A stretch of 64,000 nt of DNA from positions 4,652,001 through 4,716,000 of the forward strand of contig CM075993.1 in NCBI GenBank assembly GCA_038087875.1, written 5' to 3'. Source of the stretch: Malacoraja senta. Its lineage: Eukaryota. Shown piece by piece: positions 49,901-64,000 of this stretch; position 1 is the first letter of the stretch, and each line of letters opens with the position of its first letter. The notes beneath the pieces were generated by a model. That model saw only the letters and a program-made list of their open reading frames with translations. It was not told where the DNA came from and did not search any database. The translations under genes were made by a program, and so were the position numbers.

Positions 49901-52900
49901 TTTCTTGAAAGTAAAACCTCTTTAAGTGAATTTCAATTCTGTGGCAGTCTTTGTAGGCAATGCAATGTTTCACTATTGTTCACTTCATGCAAATGAAAAC
50001 TTTTGCTTCAATTTCTGAACATTTCATCTTGATTATCTCCATCTTCTTTGGCAATACCTCAGAATCGGGGATGACTTGCTGTAACCGAGTGGCTGCTGAA
50101 TGTGAATTATTTTAAAATGGGATAACCATTGCATATTAGCTACGACAAGGTATTTGTCTAATGGCAAGGAGGTCCGAGGTAATTGGAGTTTAGACTCTGC
50201 AGTGGGCCTACACCCTATGCACATAGACACATACTCGGACCAATTTACCATGAATATACACACATAATCTTGCGCACACTCTAATCTTCAGATTCTCTCC
50301 CTTAACCCCTTTCCCTCAGTGTCCCTAACCATTCTCCCCACCACCACCCCCGACAGGCTTCCACAGTCTCCCCCTCTCTTCGTATCATCTGAAAGAAGTC
50401 TGAATTTAGGAGTACTCAGATAGGAAGATTGTTCAACACAGTTAAAGGGAGTAAGGATGGTGAGTTATAGGGAAAGAAGCAATATCAATGATTTCAGAAG
50501 ATTCTGGGTGACAATAGACAACAGGTGCAGGAGTCGGCCATTCGGCTCTTCGAGCTGTGATCATGACTAATCATCCATAATCAGTACCCCGTTCCTGCCT
50601 TCTCCCCATATCCCTTCACTCCTCTATCTTTAAGAGATCTATCTAACTCTCTCTTGAAAGCCTCCAGAGAATTAGCCTCCACTGCCTTCTGAGGCAGAGA
50701 ATTCTAGATTCACAACTCTCTGTGTGAAAAAGTTTTTCCTCATCTCTGCTCTAAATGGCTTACCCTGGACAAAAATTAATAGAATGTTTATTGAAGGAGA
50801 TGATGGACAAGGAATTGCGTCAAAAGCAAAAGACAATAAGATGCAAACTGATTGAAATTTGTCTAAATCGTATGTTCTAAACTTGCACATATACTAGTGG
50901 CTGGAGAAAATGTCAGTACAAGTGTGCATTTACCCAAAGCGACCAAAGATAGATTACTTCACAAAGATGTTTTGAATCTTGTGCACAATAAACATTCAAT
51001 AATTATCTGTTTCAAAGAAAGTTTGAAAAATATGCCTTACAGCTACTCATAACCACACAATCAGATCACTCAAGCAACATTTGTTCTGATGCAGCCTAAA
51101 GCAAACATTTAAAAATAAATGGAAAGGAAAATATGCTTTTCATAGAATTCATACAAAGATTTTTTTCAAGCAGTTCCTGATCAGTTAATCAGACTGTGCC
51201 AGCTGAAAACGATGTATCACAGGCTCCTCTTGCAAACAGCTGATGCATTCAAAGCATTTATTCCTACTGAATGCATTTCATTCACTCAATCATTTCCAAA
51301 AGGTGCCAGTTAATGAAAGGACCCAAGTTCAGCTCTAAAGACAAACCTAATCTCGTAAGAAAAATCTATGATGTGCTTTTTCCCCCCCCATTCGCTGGGC
51401 AATGAGATAGTTCCTGCAGGACTGAAGGTCAAGGCATGACCCTCTAAATCTTCCATTGGTCTCCCGGTTTTAGGAGCATGGGGTCAAAATGACCCACATT
51501 TTTCATAAACTAATGTAAACACCAAAAAGCACATAATAGAATGCATCACTGAGGCACATCTGATCTCCGGCTGCCAATCTGTGCTAATTTTAGTTCTGGT
51601 ACTTAGCTTAATAGTGACAATCATTAGGATATTGTGGGGTTATTTTATATCTTCATTTCACGTGGAATTTTCATTATATGTCCAAATGAAATGAATGTAC
51701 AAGATCACTACACTTTATCTTTTATCTTTAAATTCTTATTATGCGATGCAGTGAATAAATAGATTCAATCAGGTAGCTGAGCTACCTTTGCAGATGGAAG
51801 ACTTGCCAGCAGTGATGGGAGAATCATTTGAATACATTTTGGGTATAAAACGAATCAAAGGATACTGGGTTAGTGCTGGAAATTGACACGGAGGTAAAAG
51901 ATCAGCCACAATCCATTGAAATGGAGAGCAGGCATTGGGGCCAAATAGCTACTGTTTAAAACGATGTTTGGTTAAAATAGAACAAATAATCTGGATATGA
52001 AATGAATGAATTAAAGGAATGCTTTCGACTAAGTACATTGGTATTTGTCACATAAAATATTTTCAACAAATTTCTCCTGAAAATCTCTAACTGCTGTTAG
52101 TATGCATTTTCAAAGGAGCAGATGAGGTCCTAATATCTCACCCATATTGAAATGTAAGCTTACTTTAGACAGTCACAGAACATCACAGTCAATTCTATTT
52201 TCACCTGATGTCAGCAGCTGAAATGCACTAAAAAGATCACTGAATAATACATCAATGAAACATACCATTTAGCCCATCAAATTGATAGCAGGTATCGTGC
52301 AGAATACTTCTATACTGATCCTTCCTTCCACAGCTCAGATGCCTTGAGAGGAACATAACCCCTTGAGCAAGATCTACCCAAGAGTTTCAACCACAATTTC
52401 AACTTGAAATCTACTTGTCCGCATGCATCACAATGAATATTGGTCACTAGAGTATAAACTTTTAGGAAAATTACTTTCAATAACTGATGTGCAAATATCA
52501 AGCCTCGTGGCAGAAGCCTTCTGTTTCGTTTTGAAGAGTTTAGAAGCACTGTTTCGGAGTTCAGTTTCAGGCTGTTGAAGTCTGAGTCCCACTATTGTGT
52601 TTTTTCTCCTTGTGACCAATAAATGTGCAACAGCTGTTTGCAGCTCATTTATTTAGAATATGTTTTGTCCACCATTGCAAGCAAATAAACACAATAGAAT
52701 CTCCTTCACCCATGATGGTAGCGAATACCTCACAGTGGATTGCAAAGTAGCGAACAATTAGATGTCCTCATTGTAAGGGCAATCTGTCACATACACGAAT
52801 AAAGTTGAGCAAATTAGAAGGACTGAAATATTTTGGGCTACCATGCTGCTATATTGTTTCTTTATTTAATCATTCAAAGGATATGATTAGCCCTTGCATT

Positions 52901-53288
52901 CTGACATTTATGGTTTATTCCAGAACTAAAATGGCAGTGAAGAAACAAACATATTGGTGTGTCTGGCAACATATTCACCAGACCAGATAACGATGGCCAA
53001 TTCCTTTTTCTGAATCAGGTGGGATTTTAATGAAAATCGCTGTTTCTGGGACTATCATCTTATGCGAGTGGTGCCAGTGCAGGGTCAAACAGGAAGAACT
53101 TTGGTTGGAACTGTGTTTCAAAACTTCTAGCAGATAATGAAGCAAACTCTGAAAAGTTCACAAATATGTTTTTTTGCATGAAGCGCTTAAAGTGTTCCAA
53201 TTCAATAAATTACTCGACAAGTAGTCAAAAATGTCGATGATCTAGCAGCTATTCACAGGTAACAAAAGAGACACATAACCAGTTAATC

Positions 53289-53479
53289 TGTGTTAAAGAA
53301 GGAACTGCAGATGCTGGAAAATCGAAGGTACACAAAAATGCTGGAGAAACTCAGCGGGTGCAGCAGCATCTATGGAGCGAAGGAAATAGGTAACGTTTCG
53401 GGCCGAAACGTTACCTATTTCCTTCGCTCCATAGATGCTGCTGCACCCGCTGAGTTTCTCCAGCATTTTTGTGTACCTT
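53289..53479 (-). mobile_element. PLE fold-back, perfect palindrome
   Basis: Direct repeat ccagttaatctgtgtt at 53279-53294 and 53480-53495. 78-bp perfect arms centred on 53402. Confidence 0.9.
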
Positions 53480-54326
53480 CCAGTTAATCTGTGTTTGGTT
53501 GTTTGTGTTGAAATTAGAATGTTAGCAAGAACATCAAGAAAAATCTTTACCTTTCTTTGATCGTCTTGGATCTTTTATGTTCACCTGAACAGAATGATGG
53601 ATGGGCAGCTAACTCTAAAAATCAGCTGCTTGCTCATACCTGCACTTGCGTTTTACCTTTGAATCCATACTCAATCTTGGACATGCGATTTCTAGATCAG
53701 ATGCAAGAGTTTTGCAAACTGTGGACAAGTTCTAATCTTTTGACACCATATACGCTTCATTTCTGTAAATACCTTGCAATTAAGATAGATTGGCCTCGGA
53801 GTTTGCCAATCCAGTGCTAATTCCTAATAAGTCTTTGTCAGTTTCTTTGAACGCATCACGGAATACAATATGCTTATTAAAACCTTTTCTTCAGGTCCAG
53901 TGCAAGCAATTTTACCAGACTGACAATTACAAAATAAGAAAACAAGGTAGACCTTGTAGACCAAATCTTACAGTATATTAACTATGCATAATTCACAATC
54001 ACGATGTTTGATGCTTCTTATTTTTAAACAGTTGTTACATCGTAACAACTTTCCTTGTATCTATATTGTATTACATATACACGAAGAAAGCCTACTAATT
54101 CAATTTTTCACCCATTAATATAAAACGGTCTCCTGTGCTTTTACAAATATCTGGAACAGCAGAAAAGGGAGAGGAAAAAAAATGTTTAAACCAATTCCTT
54201 TACCTCCTGCCAACTAGATCAACTGTGCTGGGCAGCAGACAATTGTCTGCATATTCCCTCAACCAGGATGAACTTGACAGAGGCAAGAAAGCAAAACAGA
54301 ATGCCAAACAACACTATAAAACAAAA

Positions 54327-54510
54327 GGTAGACAAAAATGCTAGAGAAACTCAGCGGGTGAGGCAGCATCTATGGAGCGAAGGAAATAGGCAACGTTTCG
54401 GCCCGAAACGTTGCCTATTTCCTTTGCTCCATAGATGCTGCCTCACCCGCTGAGTTTCTCCAGCATTTTTATCTACCTTCGATTTTCCAGCATCTGCAGT
54501 TCCTTCTTAA
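54327..54510 (+). mobile_element. PLE fold-back, near-perfect palindrome
   Basis: TSD actataaaa(c/g)aaaa at 54313-54326 and 54511-54524. Confidence 0.85.
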
Positions 54511-55372
54511 ACTATAAAAGAAAATATTGTAATGGCACATAGCGAACAGGAGTGAAGCCCAGAAAGCCAAATTTTATTTACCAATGCTTAAAACAAGAGT
54601 ATGGCAGTGATATACAGGAGCCAAGACAAAAAGAGACTGACAGGTTTTAAGTGTGGGGCATGTTGCTATTCACTCCGAAGTTCATTTACTACTTTATGTG
54701 GAGGATCTACTTCTGTAAGCCCAGGGTAACATAATACAAAGTAATTTGCTACTGCAATGTCTCAATCCAAAATAGCTGTAGCAGGTGACAGTCTATCTAT
54801 AAGGCAAGCAGGATGGTTACGACCGATGATAAAACATCATCTGCACACCACTCTGATCTGTAAATATCGCTTTCCAGGCTTATGACAAACTACAGGTCTG
54901 ACAACTCACTTTACATTTGAGGGCATTCCTAACTTTTTCCCTTGTTGTGACAGGCAAGAAAATTAATTATACTTCAGACCTGGGATGTGACACTCCTGCA
55001 TATTGCCTTCTATTTGTTGATTACTATTGATTTTCTTTGATACTTCATTTAAAAATCAATAGCTAGAAAGAAAAATAGGCATGGTTTACACATATTTAAA
55101 CATACAAAGGCACCCTGGAAGAAGCCGGAGTTCCAGCCAGGCGCTGGCAGCCAATTATGAGAAAAGCTCTTAACAGGTGAAAGAAAGGGCTCGAAATCGA
55201 TTTTCAGTTTTCTTTTCCAATCACAGAAAGTGGCTATAAATTAGGATAATCGGTATATTTTTTAAGATAACCCATGAAGCAAATAACTTCAGGCTTTTTA
55301 AAACAGAAAGCACCAATAAGTTTTTATAAAAGGAGGATCCCAGTGTCATATTGAGAGGATGGCTCACATTAC

Positions 55373-55509
55373 CTGGAGTTCATGCGAGCGCGAAGTTTCT
55401 TGGCCTTCTTCCTGATTTTTTGCTTCTCCTCTGCATCCTTCAACCCCTCTGGATGGACACAGGTCTCGGTCACAACATCCAGAATGTATTTCTTGCAGGA
55501 CAGATGTTC
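55373..55509 (-). CDS. SCAPER: SCAPER internal exon (137 bp): EHLSCKKYILDVVTETCVHPEGLKDAEEKQKIRKKAKKLRARMNS(R)
   Basis: Minus-strand ttttttcatcAG acceptor and GTaatg donor. The translation resembles human SCAPER EHLSLKKYIIDIVVE...KKKAKKIKARMNFR (recalled). Phase 0 start, phase 2 end, which fits the next exon. Confidence 0.95.
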
Positions 55510-58500
55510 CTGATGAAAAAAATATATAAATATATCAATAGTCAAGAAAAACGTTATCGTTCACGGCAACTCAAAGATCCATCACGTGCACATCTGGACA
55601 GTCAATCATGACCCAAATCATTTATAAAGGTCTCTGGAAGCAACCAATGGCCAAATGTGTGAAGACATTGTGTAGCACTAGTCCACACGAAGAAGAAAGT
55701 GTTCAAGTCTTCATGTATGCTGAATTTCCTGGCCTTATCTACAATCACAGTTCACAGGTTATAGGAGTAGAATTCGGCCATTCCGTCTACTCCGCCATTC
55801 AATCATGGCTGATCTCTGCCTCCTAATCCCATGGGGAGGACGCTTTAGAAGAAAAGGTTGCAATGTCAGGATGAGACATTTAGGGCTGTGATGAAGAGAC
55901 ATTTCAGAGCGTGATGAACCTGCTGAATTCTCTCATACAGAATGGTGGTGGAGGCCAAGACAGTGAATATACTTTGGGAAAAAATTCTCAAAACAAAAAT
56001 TGTTAAGGGCAGATTGGGAATAAGACATAGTAATGGAGGGTCAGCCATGATTTTAATGATAGGCAGCACAGGTTTGATGGGCCAAATGGCCTACTACTGC
56101 TATTTCCTTTGTTACTAGAACGTAATCAATAACCATTTAAAAGTTTTAACATCAGCTTATAAAAAAATCTGAAAATGTAGACAGGAGATTAATATGACTG
56201 TACAATCGTCGACTACCGTATTTACATTCTCCCTCATTTTCCAGTACCAATGTTGTAAAATCATTATCAACGGCACAAGGATATTAAATGAATATTATTT
56301 TGAATTAAATCATTGTGGCTTTCCAGTTGAGCTTTACGAATGCCAATAACCAGTGTTGGTATCATACTTCAGTTAGATACATTGAAGGTAAGTTATACCT
56401 TACTAAAAATCACACCTTAATGCAAGTTTACAAGAGACATCACATATTGAAAGAACTGGAACTCCACTTAAAACTACACCCAACTTTGGCAGCTTGGCCC
56501 TTTGGCCGAGACTGCCAAATTAATGAGTTCTCCAAGTAATGTTTATCCCTCAATCAAGATTAATACAAATTATCTGGTGAATATCCATCGTTACTTACTG
56601 GACCTTACTAGGAACAACATGTTTCACACATCATAACGGATAAACATGGCGTTCAGGCTTTCCAAATTTCCTTAAGTTACGATTATACTGAAATCAGGCA
56701 AAATCAAGGCAGATTCCTTCTTCCAAACGGTTTCATGTGTACATGTGGCTGTAGGAGAACATTTCATTGATGTTTGGTGTTGGGAATACCAAATGAATAT
56801 AATCTTCCACAGTTAATGTACATTGGATTTTTGGTTGTAGATATAGGCATACTAGAATGCTTTGGAGCAAGTAAATCACTCATTTTCGGGAAGGGTTAGG
56901 ACAGTGATTTGGGATAGAGCAATTGTACGCCAGCCAAGAATTGTCATTCCAAGTTGGGAGCAAGCAAATTTGAGGTCAATATCTAAAGGACCTATTAAAA
57001 CAATTCAATGTCAATACTGGCTTAAAGATGACCGAATATATAGCAGGCAGAGAGGCCTTTGCAACATTATGTACACATAAATTAGAATATCATTGCAACC
57101 AAGTAACTAATCACTATTTCTCGATAATCTTAGGCTGATGATAATACAATTGTTAATCTGTGCACTGCTACTGCTACTATTAGTAATCAATAAGTTGTTA
57201 TAAATCGTATCAAAGTTTTGGATAGAATGGACATTACATTTTCAATTCATCTGACTGGTTTATGTGGCACGGAAAATGACATAGGATAAATATTGAGGGC
57301 AGAGTCTTTACCCTAAATATGCTGTCTTTAAAGTAAATAACTACCTGACATTTTAATTTCCTTCTTAACCAGTAGGAGGGAATTAATTTAGGTTTCATGC
57401 AGGATTCTGCCAATTACGGAGATACCTTATATGGACATACCACTGGCGGCACAGCGGTAGAGTTGCTGCCTTCCTACAGTGTGTTTTTCTCTGAGACCTT
57501 CGGTTTCCTCCCACATTCCAAAGACATACAGGTTTGTTGGTTAATTGGCTTAGTAAAAAAGTGTAAAATTGTCCCTAGTGTGTGTAGGATAGTGTTAATA
57601 TGCGGGGATCGTTGGTAGGCACGGACTCGGTGGGCCGATGGGCCTGCTTCCACGTTGTATCTCGAAACTAAACTTTCCTAGATGTTTTCAACTCAAAATA
57701 TCTACCACAAATTTACACGTTCATACCAGATGAATATCAACTCCAGACAATCATCCTAGATGTTGACCCATTTAACTGAAATAAAGAACCATTTTTACAC
57801 CATGACATTATTCTTCCTTTCACATCCTTCCTTATTTCCCACAACATTTAATCTCATTAGGTGAATACACCAGTTGTGGTTGACCCATCAACAATGACCC
57901 ATTAATATCCGATTTCCTGTCGTCATTGGGTGAATTGTTCGAGCTCTGTTCAGTACATTTCCACATGATGCAACTATGAAAGGGAACCAGAGAAGAAAAA
58001 CAAATACATTGCACCATTTTATGGTGCTTCTCCAAGAATTAAATTTTGTCCGTTCCATGTGTGTTTAGAGTTACAAATGAATCCGCGTATGCTTCTGCTG
58101 GGAATGCATGACATCTCATTATCAATTCTGTAAATGGTTGAGATGTGAAGGCAAGCCAGAATACAAACATTTGTCATTTGACTGGAACCTGTAGGGTGCT
58201 GGTACAATTGTCGCGACTGCTGATTGTGCAAGAATATTCCGCAAAGTAACAAAATTGCATTGCATAAATTCAGAGTGTTTTAATAGTTTCTCTTACCCTC
58301 ACGCAAAAGGTCACAATTTTTTACAGACTCAAAATAATTAGAAAACTGAAATTTGGCAAATAAATTGCCGGACATTAAATGGAGAGGCAATATTTTTTGT
58401 TCAACTAGCAGGGCTTGACTTACTGCATTTACGAGTTTTGTTTGATAGGACACCACAAAATGTGAAATGGATTCTGAAGAAAGCCTGCAGCAGAATGATT

Positions 58501-60891
58501 TAATGCAGATTTGATGGAGGAAACCAGTCAAAGTGGAAAAAAAAACACGCTGATATATTATTTTAACATACGTTTGTCTTACTGCCAGCCCTAAGCATTG
58601 AAAAAATAAACCTCCAGAAAAATAACGTGCTATGATATGAACACTTTGCACAACTAATTCATGTCAAAGAGTATCAAACCCTAACTGCGATTTACAATTT
58701 TAAAATTTACGATTTTATAATTTTTCTCTCTCCTCTTTTAATTTATGATTAGACATGGCTGCAGCCTTCCCTCCAGTATTGTACCTAGACGGCTCAGTGC
58801 TTAGATAACGAATGTCACCGGAATATGCTTCCATATGTACAGAGCAGCCACTCTTATGTTATATCCATAATAACGTGGATAATGATAGCGGATAGGGAAA
58901 CTTTGTCCGATTTTTCCACATTATACTCAGAACACTGAGATGCGGCTGCAATCTAGTGATACATCCTAAATCAGAATACATCCGCGATCAAAGTTAAGAT
59001 AACCCACGTCTCTCTGGCTCAGCTTCAGATCAGATACAACATTAATCCTCAAAGGTGCTGCAGAAAACTTTAAAACATCGATAAATATTTTTGCTAACCT
59101 GTGATGAAGGTACAGTTTATAGACAATTTTTCCTATGAAAGTTACATGTATTTCCAACATCTGTAATAAATGCTCTTTTTAAATCAACTCTCAATTTGCA
59201 GAATTAAAACTTCTGTATTATAATCTATGCAAATCCAAAATACTATATTTATAATCTGTACTGTGAAGAATTTCTGTATATGCAAGATCTAAATAAAATT
59301 GTAACACAACACAGCACCACTTTGTGGGCACCTACTCCAGTTTGAACATGCAACTGCATGGAAAGATGTACTTACCTACAATTCAAATCCAACAAAACAT
59401 TAACAAAATAAAATTAGTGTGTGCACATCAATTGCAATGTCTGAAAATTGCTGGGTCTAGTATTGGACATGTAAATGACCTCGGGTACATTCCTATCGTA
59501 ACATTGCTGCAGTTCAAATCAGATAATTTGGGAAGAACAATAGTCATTTGTAAAGTTACTGAATGAAACCAGAAAAAAATACACAGTGAAAGCGTTATAG
59601 AACACTGGTTGAATGTTCAGTAGATTGAGCTCGTACACTCCTGACATATGATTTTGCTACACACTCCACAACTTGACATACACTGCAGGCTTCACACTAC
59701 ATGTAACCCGCAGAATACCAAGGCACTGGAAAGTTATCTTTCAGAACCTAAGCAAACGTGTTTTTTTCAGTCAAAGGAAGACGTAATTTTATTTTTGTTT
59801 ATATTTCCGTATTAATATTGCAAGGCCTTATAATTTCATGTTATTTGGAAGAAAAATTGAGCTCTTAGAAGTGTTCTTAAATACTGTTATTTTCAACTCC
59901 TCTAATTCAGCATCAGAGACCAATCTTTCAGCAACTATGTCCTCCCTCTGGAATTCTTTTCCAAAATCACTTCATTTTTTTCACCTTTCCCTTCAACTTC
60001 TAAAGTCTCTTAATTACATTTTTTTTAAACCATGACTTTTGGCATTTTCCTCCCAGCCGTCCTAATCACAGTGGGTGTCCTTCCTGCCCTTTGTGAAGTG
60101 CTCCAAGGCTTTGTCTAAAGGACAGTATGTAAGCACCTGTTAGTCCTGATGGCCAACAGGTGTTTACATGCTGCCTTGTTACTGATGAATTCGACATAAA
60201 TCTCTGTCTTACGTGGAACAAGTTCAAACCTCAATGTTATTTGTGTTCCTTATATTGCATAAATCAATGTTATTTTCCTGGTGTGTTCATTCGTTGGACT
60301 TTATTCTTACTTCCATAAAACAATAAATATATTTTCTAAAGTGCACTTCTGCTCAGTGAGTAGTCAAGCAATGAGCAATAAATTAGGCAAAGTAAAACGT
60401 GAGAATTTCATAGCATGACAATAGCAAATTAACAATAAAACACGCTTTCTATAAAATGTGATGCCTTTAAGCAGCATAGAGATAACTTGGAGATCATGAC
60501 TAAAGCTGGTGAACCTGCTCACCAGAAGTACGTTTCGGTATTACTAGATGGTAGTGTTGGTGTTCAATTTGTATCCTACAACTAATCAATTATATCACCT
60601 GAGAAATAAAGTGTAATAATAACAGCATACAAATGTATAACAAGTACATGATTATCTGCTTCCTGTATTTAACCAAATCAATTTATTCTTTAAAAATAAT
60701 TGTTAAACGTTGCCTTATAAAGTGAGAATAAATAATTCCAATTCATAGACTTTTAGTTAATTAATATCACTAGCCAATAATAATTTGCAGCCAGAAGTTA
60801 AAGTCTGTTGAAATAGAGCAATAATGTCTCGTTCACAACACAGACACTGACTGCTGTTTCTGGTCCTGGATGTCTAGAGCAAACATGACTG

Positions 60892-61010
60892 TCTGAAGAA
60901 GGGTCTCGACCCGAAACGTCAACTATACTTTTTCTCCAGGGATGCTATCTGTTACTCCAGCTCTTTGTGTCCATTCTCAGTTTAAACCAGCATCTGCAGT
61001 TCCTTCCTAC
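60892..61010 (+). mobile_element. Solo PLE 3' unit beginning at the hammerhead core
   Basis: TSD acatgactg at 60883-60891 and 61011-61019. Further family fragments lie near 1230, 10945, 11610-12050, 16500, 25445, 27397, 30914, 31800-32030, 36030, 39786, 44768, 47380, 47931, 48800 and 61100-61420. Confidence 0.8.
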
Positions 61011-61985
61011 ACATGACTGATTAATACTTGCAAAATAATAAAACAACCATTCACTCTCCATCATACTCTCATCCCCCTGTCTTTCCTAGCTTTCGACCTA
61101 AATCCTTTCCTCTAGCTTTACATTTCACTCTTCTTCTATATCTGACACCCTTCTGTGCCCTGTCACTTACTCCACCCATCTGCCAAGCAACACCACCACC
61201 ACCCCCTCCCCCACCCTTCATCTGTATCCTCCTATCACTCGCCTGGCTTCGTCCCGCCCCGCCACTCTTTTCCAGCTTTCTCCCCCTACTCTATTGGCCT
61301 GAAGAAGGGTCACGACTGAAAACATCGCCGGTCCATTCCCTCCACAGATGCCGTCGGACCAGCTGTGTCCCTCCAGCACTTTGTGCATTGCCCGAGATTC
61401 CAGCATCTATAGTTCCTCATGCCTCACATTTTCACACTCATCTCAGAACAGCATCTTTTACTGCAGCAGAGTAAATCCTGCGACTTGGCTATGAGAGAAG
61501 AGCTAAACTAGGATGATCCGCATCCGATTGTTCTGAAATCCTGATTTTCCAGCGGGTTCCAGACCAGCTGTGTGGTCGGAGGCAGGGTTGGATTCTGGAA
61601 CACCTGGATTCAGGAATGTGGTTGTAGTTGGGAACTAGGGTCTATTTCTTGCTGCCTTTAAACTCACCAAGTTCATCGGTAAATATATGATACCACTATA
61701 CAACATGTAAAAAAATGTGAGATAAAAGTGTTTGGGTATTAATAGGCACAATATCCAACAGCTCGGAGGTTTTTGCTCGTTCTACACAACCAAAGTCCCA
61801 AGTGTGGCTGATAATGTAGTTTTATCATTCATGAATCATCGTCATTCTTGATTGTGAAAATAAAGGGGTTAAACATATTTCACACGGTGAAGCGGTAACT
61901 GGAGGAGGGGAGAGACTTCCAACACAGCAATCGGGATTAAGAAAAAAATAGCAATGGGCGAGATCCCGTCTGATAAAAGTGCGAC

Positions 61986-62285
61986 ACGGTGGCACAGCGG
62001 TAGAGTTGCTGCCTTACAGCGCCGGAAACCTGGGTTCGATCCCGACTACGGGTGCTGTCTGTACGAAGTTTGTACGTTCTCCCCGTGACCGCGTAGGTTT
62101 TCTCCGAGACCTTTGGTTTCCTCCCACACTACTAAGACTTACAAGTTTGTAGGTTAATTGGCTTGATAAATGTAAAAATTGTCCCTTGTGTGTATAGGAT
62201 AGTGTTAATATGCGGAAATCGCTGGTCGGCGCGGACTTGGTGGGACGAAGGGCCTGATTACGTACTGTATTTCTAAACTAAACTA
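61986..62285 (+). mobile_element. tRNA-derived V-SINE (HE1-like), near full length
   Basis: A box tggcacagcggt, B box ggttcgatccc, central ggtttcctcccacac..aaagac domain, CR1-like 3' end and (taaac)n tail. Confidence 0.8.
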
Positions 62286-64000
62286 TTACTTCCGTTTGTT
62301 CTATGAGTTAATCCTAAAGCTCAATCCTAATTTTTAATTACAATACTGTGATCAGCCATGATCACGGTGAATGCCGGTGCTGGCTCGAAGGGCCGAACGG
62401 CCTACTCCTGCACCTATTGTCTGATGTCTAATAATTTGAAAATTCAGTTTACTTCCCAGCTAATATTTACAAAATCTGGGCCAAATTCTGGTGTTCAATC
62501 CGAATGCAACACCACTGAAATAGACAAGTGTATATGCCAGCCACAGCGTTGGACTTGAGGAAATGAAATAAAATCTCCCTATCCACCTGCAGCTGTGAAC
62601 CGGATTCAAGATGTCATCACAGCTATAATCTATTCACACTTGACAATCCTGTCTAAAGTGATAACCGAACAAAACAAACTTAATCCCCGTCTCTGAAACC
62701 GACACCCGTCAGTAACAGACCTTCAGATATAAAATGACAAGTCAGCCAGCTGTCCCACTGCTACTGCATGACAATTACAAGCAGCCCATCAAATGAGGTT
62801 GGGTGTGGCGATGAATGAGGGCACAAGCCAGCATCCCTGATGCCTGTTCAGATATACATTTTCTCATTATAACCTGCCCTTTTATGCAGGACTCGGACAG
62901 CATCAGAAGTTCAACAAGCGTATTCAATTGTCATTCGACAGTTTCCAGTTTATCGATACTGACAAGGGAGAGAGAAGGCAAAGGGAGGGGGTGGTGAACT
63001 CTCTTTCTAGCACCACCGAATGAACACTGCATGGTTACAAGTATTTCTCAGCGTTCTCACCTTTCATGTTGTGAGGCTTCAGCAAATATCACAATTTCAT
63101 CCTTAAGAATTCATAAGGAAAACAGTGAAGTCATGACACCGATTCAGACACTAGTGTCAAATCTCAAAGGTTTAGATCAAAGTGCTGGATTATCACATCG
63201 AACAGATTAAATACCAGTAAGTCTAAACTTGCAGGTTTGACTTTTCAAACCAATATGGCAAATATTTTCATTAAACTCTTTCACTCAGCAGCAGATTAAT
63301 AAACCAACTGGCTTTTGACATTTTAAATGACATAGAAAACAGACAAATTAAAGTGTCAATTTGCTATCGTTTGCTATAGCCTAGCATCACTCAACATAAC
63401 TGTTAATACCTGTAGTCAAAACATACTTGGTTTACCTCCTACTGAAACATGCATCCTGACTTTTCTAACTTCACACTCAATCATTTTAATCATCTCAAAA
63501 CCAAGGGCTGGAGGTTCCACCAACACATTATGTTTTAATGACGATGCCAGTGTCTGCCGTTTCTTGTATCTCCATTCCAATCATCTCCTGGCCAGATTAC
63601 CATCTCCCTTCGTAGTCAAACCTAACCCTGCACAAAACCCAGCTGCCCATATTCTGACCAACACCAAGACCTCTCCATTCTTAATCTCAGCCATTGTCAA
63701 TCCACCATCCCATCATGAATAAAACTCCCATCTTAATATCATAACAGAACTGGACACCAAGCATGTGCTCCAGTTTCCGATCCTCTCCCCTCCTCCCTCA
63801 AATCGGAGACAACCGGTTTTCTTTCAGTACTCTTTCTCTTTCACCTTACTTTCCCACCTTCCCACCCAATGACAAGGTGAGATTAGAAACAGACTCCAGA
63901 GGATTGTTACCCATCTAGGTTATACTAATCTATCATGAATAGTTTACCTCATTTACAACTCCTTTTCAAGAGCTTATGTATTCATATTTCATGTAATGAA

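Noticed and set aside
55681..55700. ccacacgaagaagaaag as another H1 3' end
   Set aside because: No upstream similarity to the H1 body and no TSD.
61986..62060. tRNA gene
   Set aside because: The A/B boxes belong to the head of an HE1-like SINE; no full cloverleaf, and the sequence continues into the SINE body.

Overview
This is eukaryotic, AT-rich, repeat-dense DNA. The repeat content (HE1-like V-SINEs, CR1/HER1-like LINE fragments) points to a cartilaginous fish such as a skate or ray. The window lies inside a SCAPER gene on the minus strand: three in-phase GT-AG exons (55373-55509, 32141-32206, 20793-20919) separated by long introns. Almost all ORFs in the supplied track are spurious. The introns contain CR1 and Rex1/Babar LINE remnants, tRNA-derived V-SINEs, eight PIF/Harbinger-type MITEs, and many Penelope-like (PLE) 3' fragments carrying minimal hammerhead motifs, often as fold-back palindromes. 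The main observation is two families of short non-coding retroposons with (GAA)n tails and target-site duplications (TSDs), each headed by an HDV-like ribozyme fold. One is a ~140 bp family with 4 copies, all starting at the predicted cleavage G. The other is a ~200 bp element (7509-7709) whose core closely matches the mammalian CPEB3 ribozyme as I recall its sequence. Three intact-looking ribozyme copies are sense to the SCAPER pre-mRNA. All folds were paired by eye; no activity or database result is claimed.
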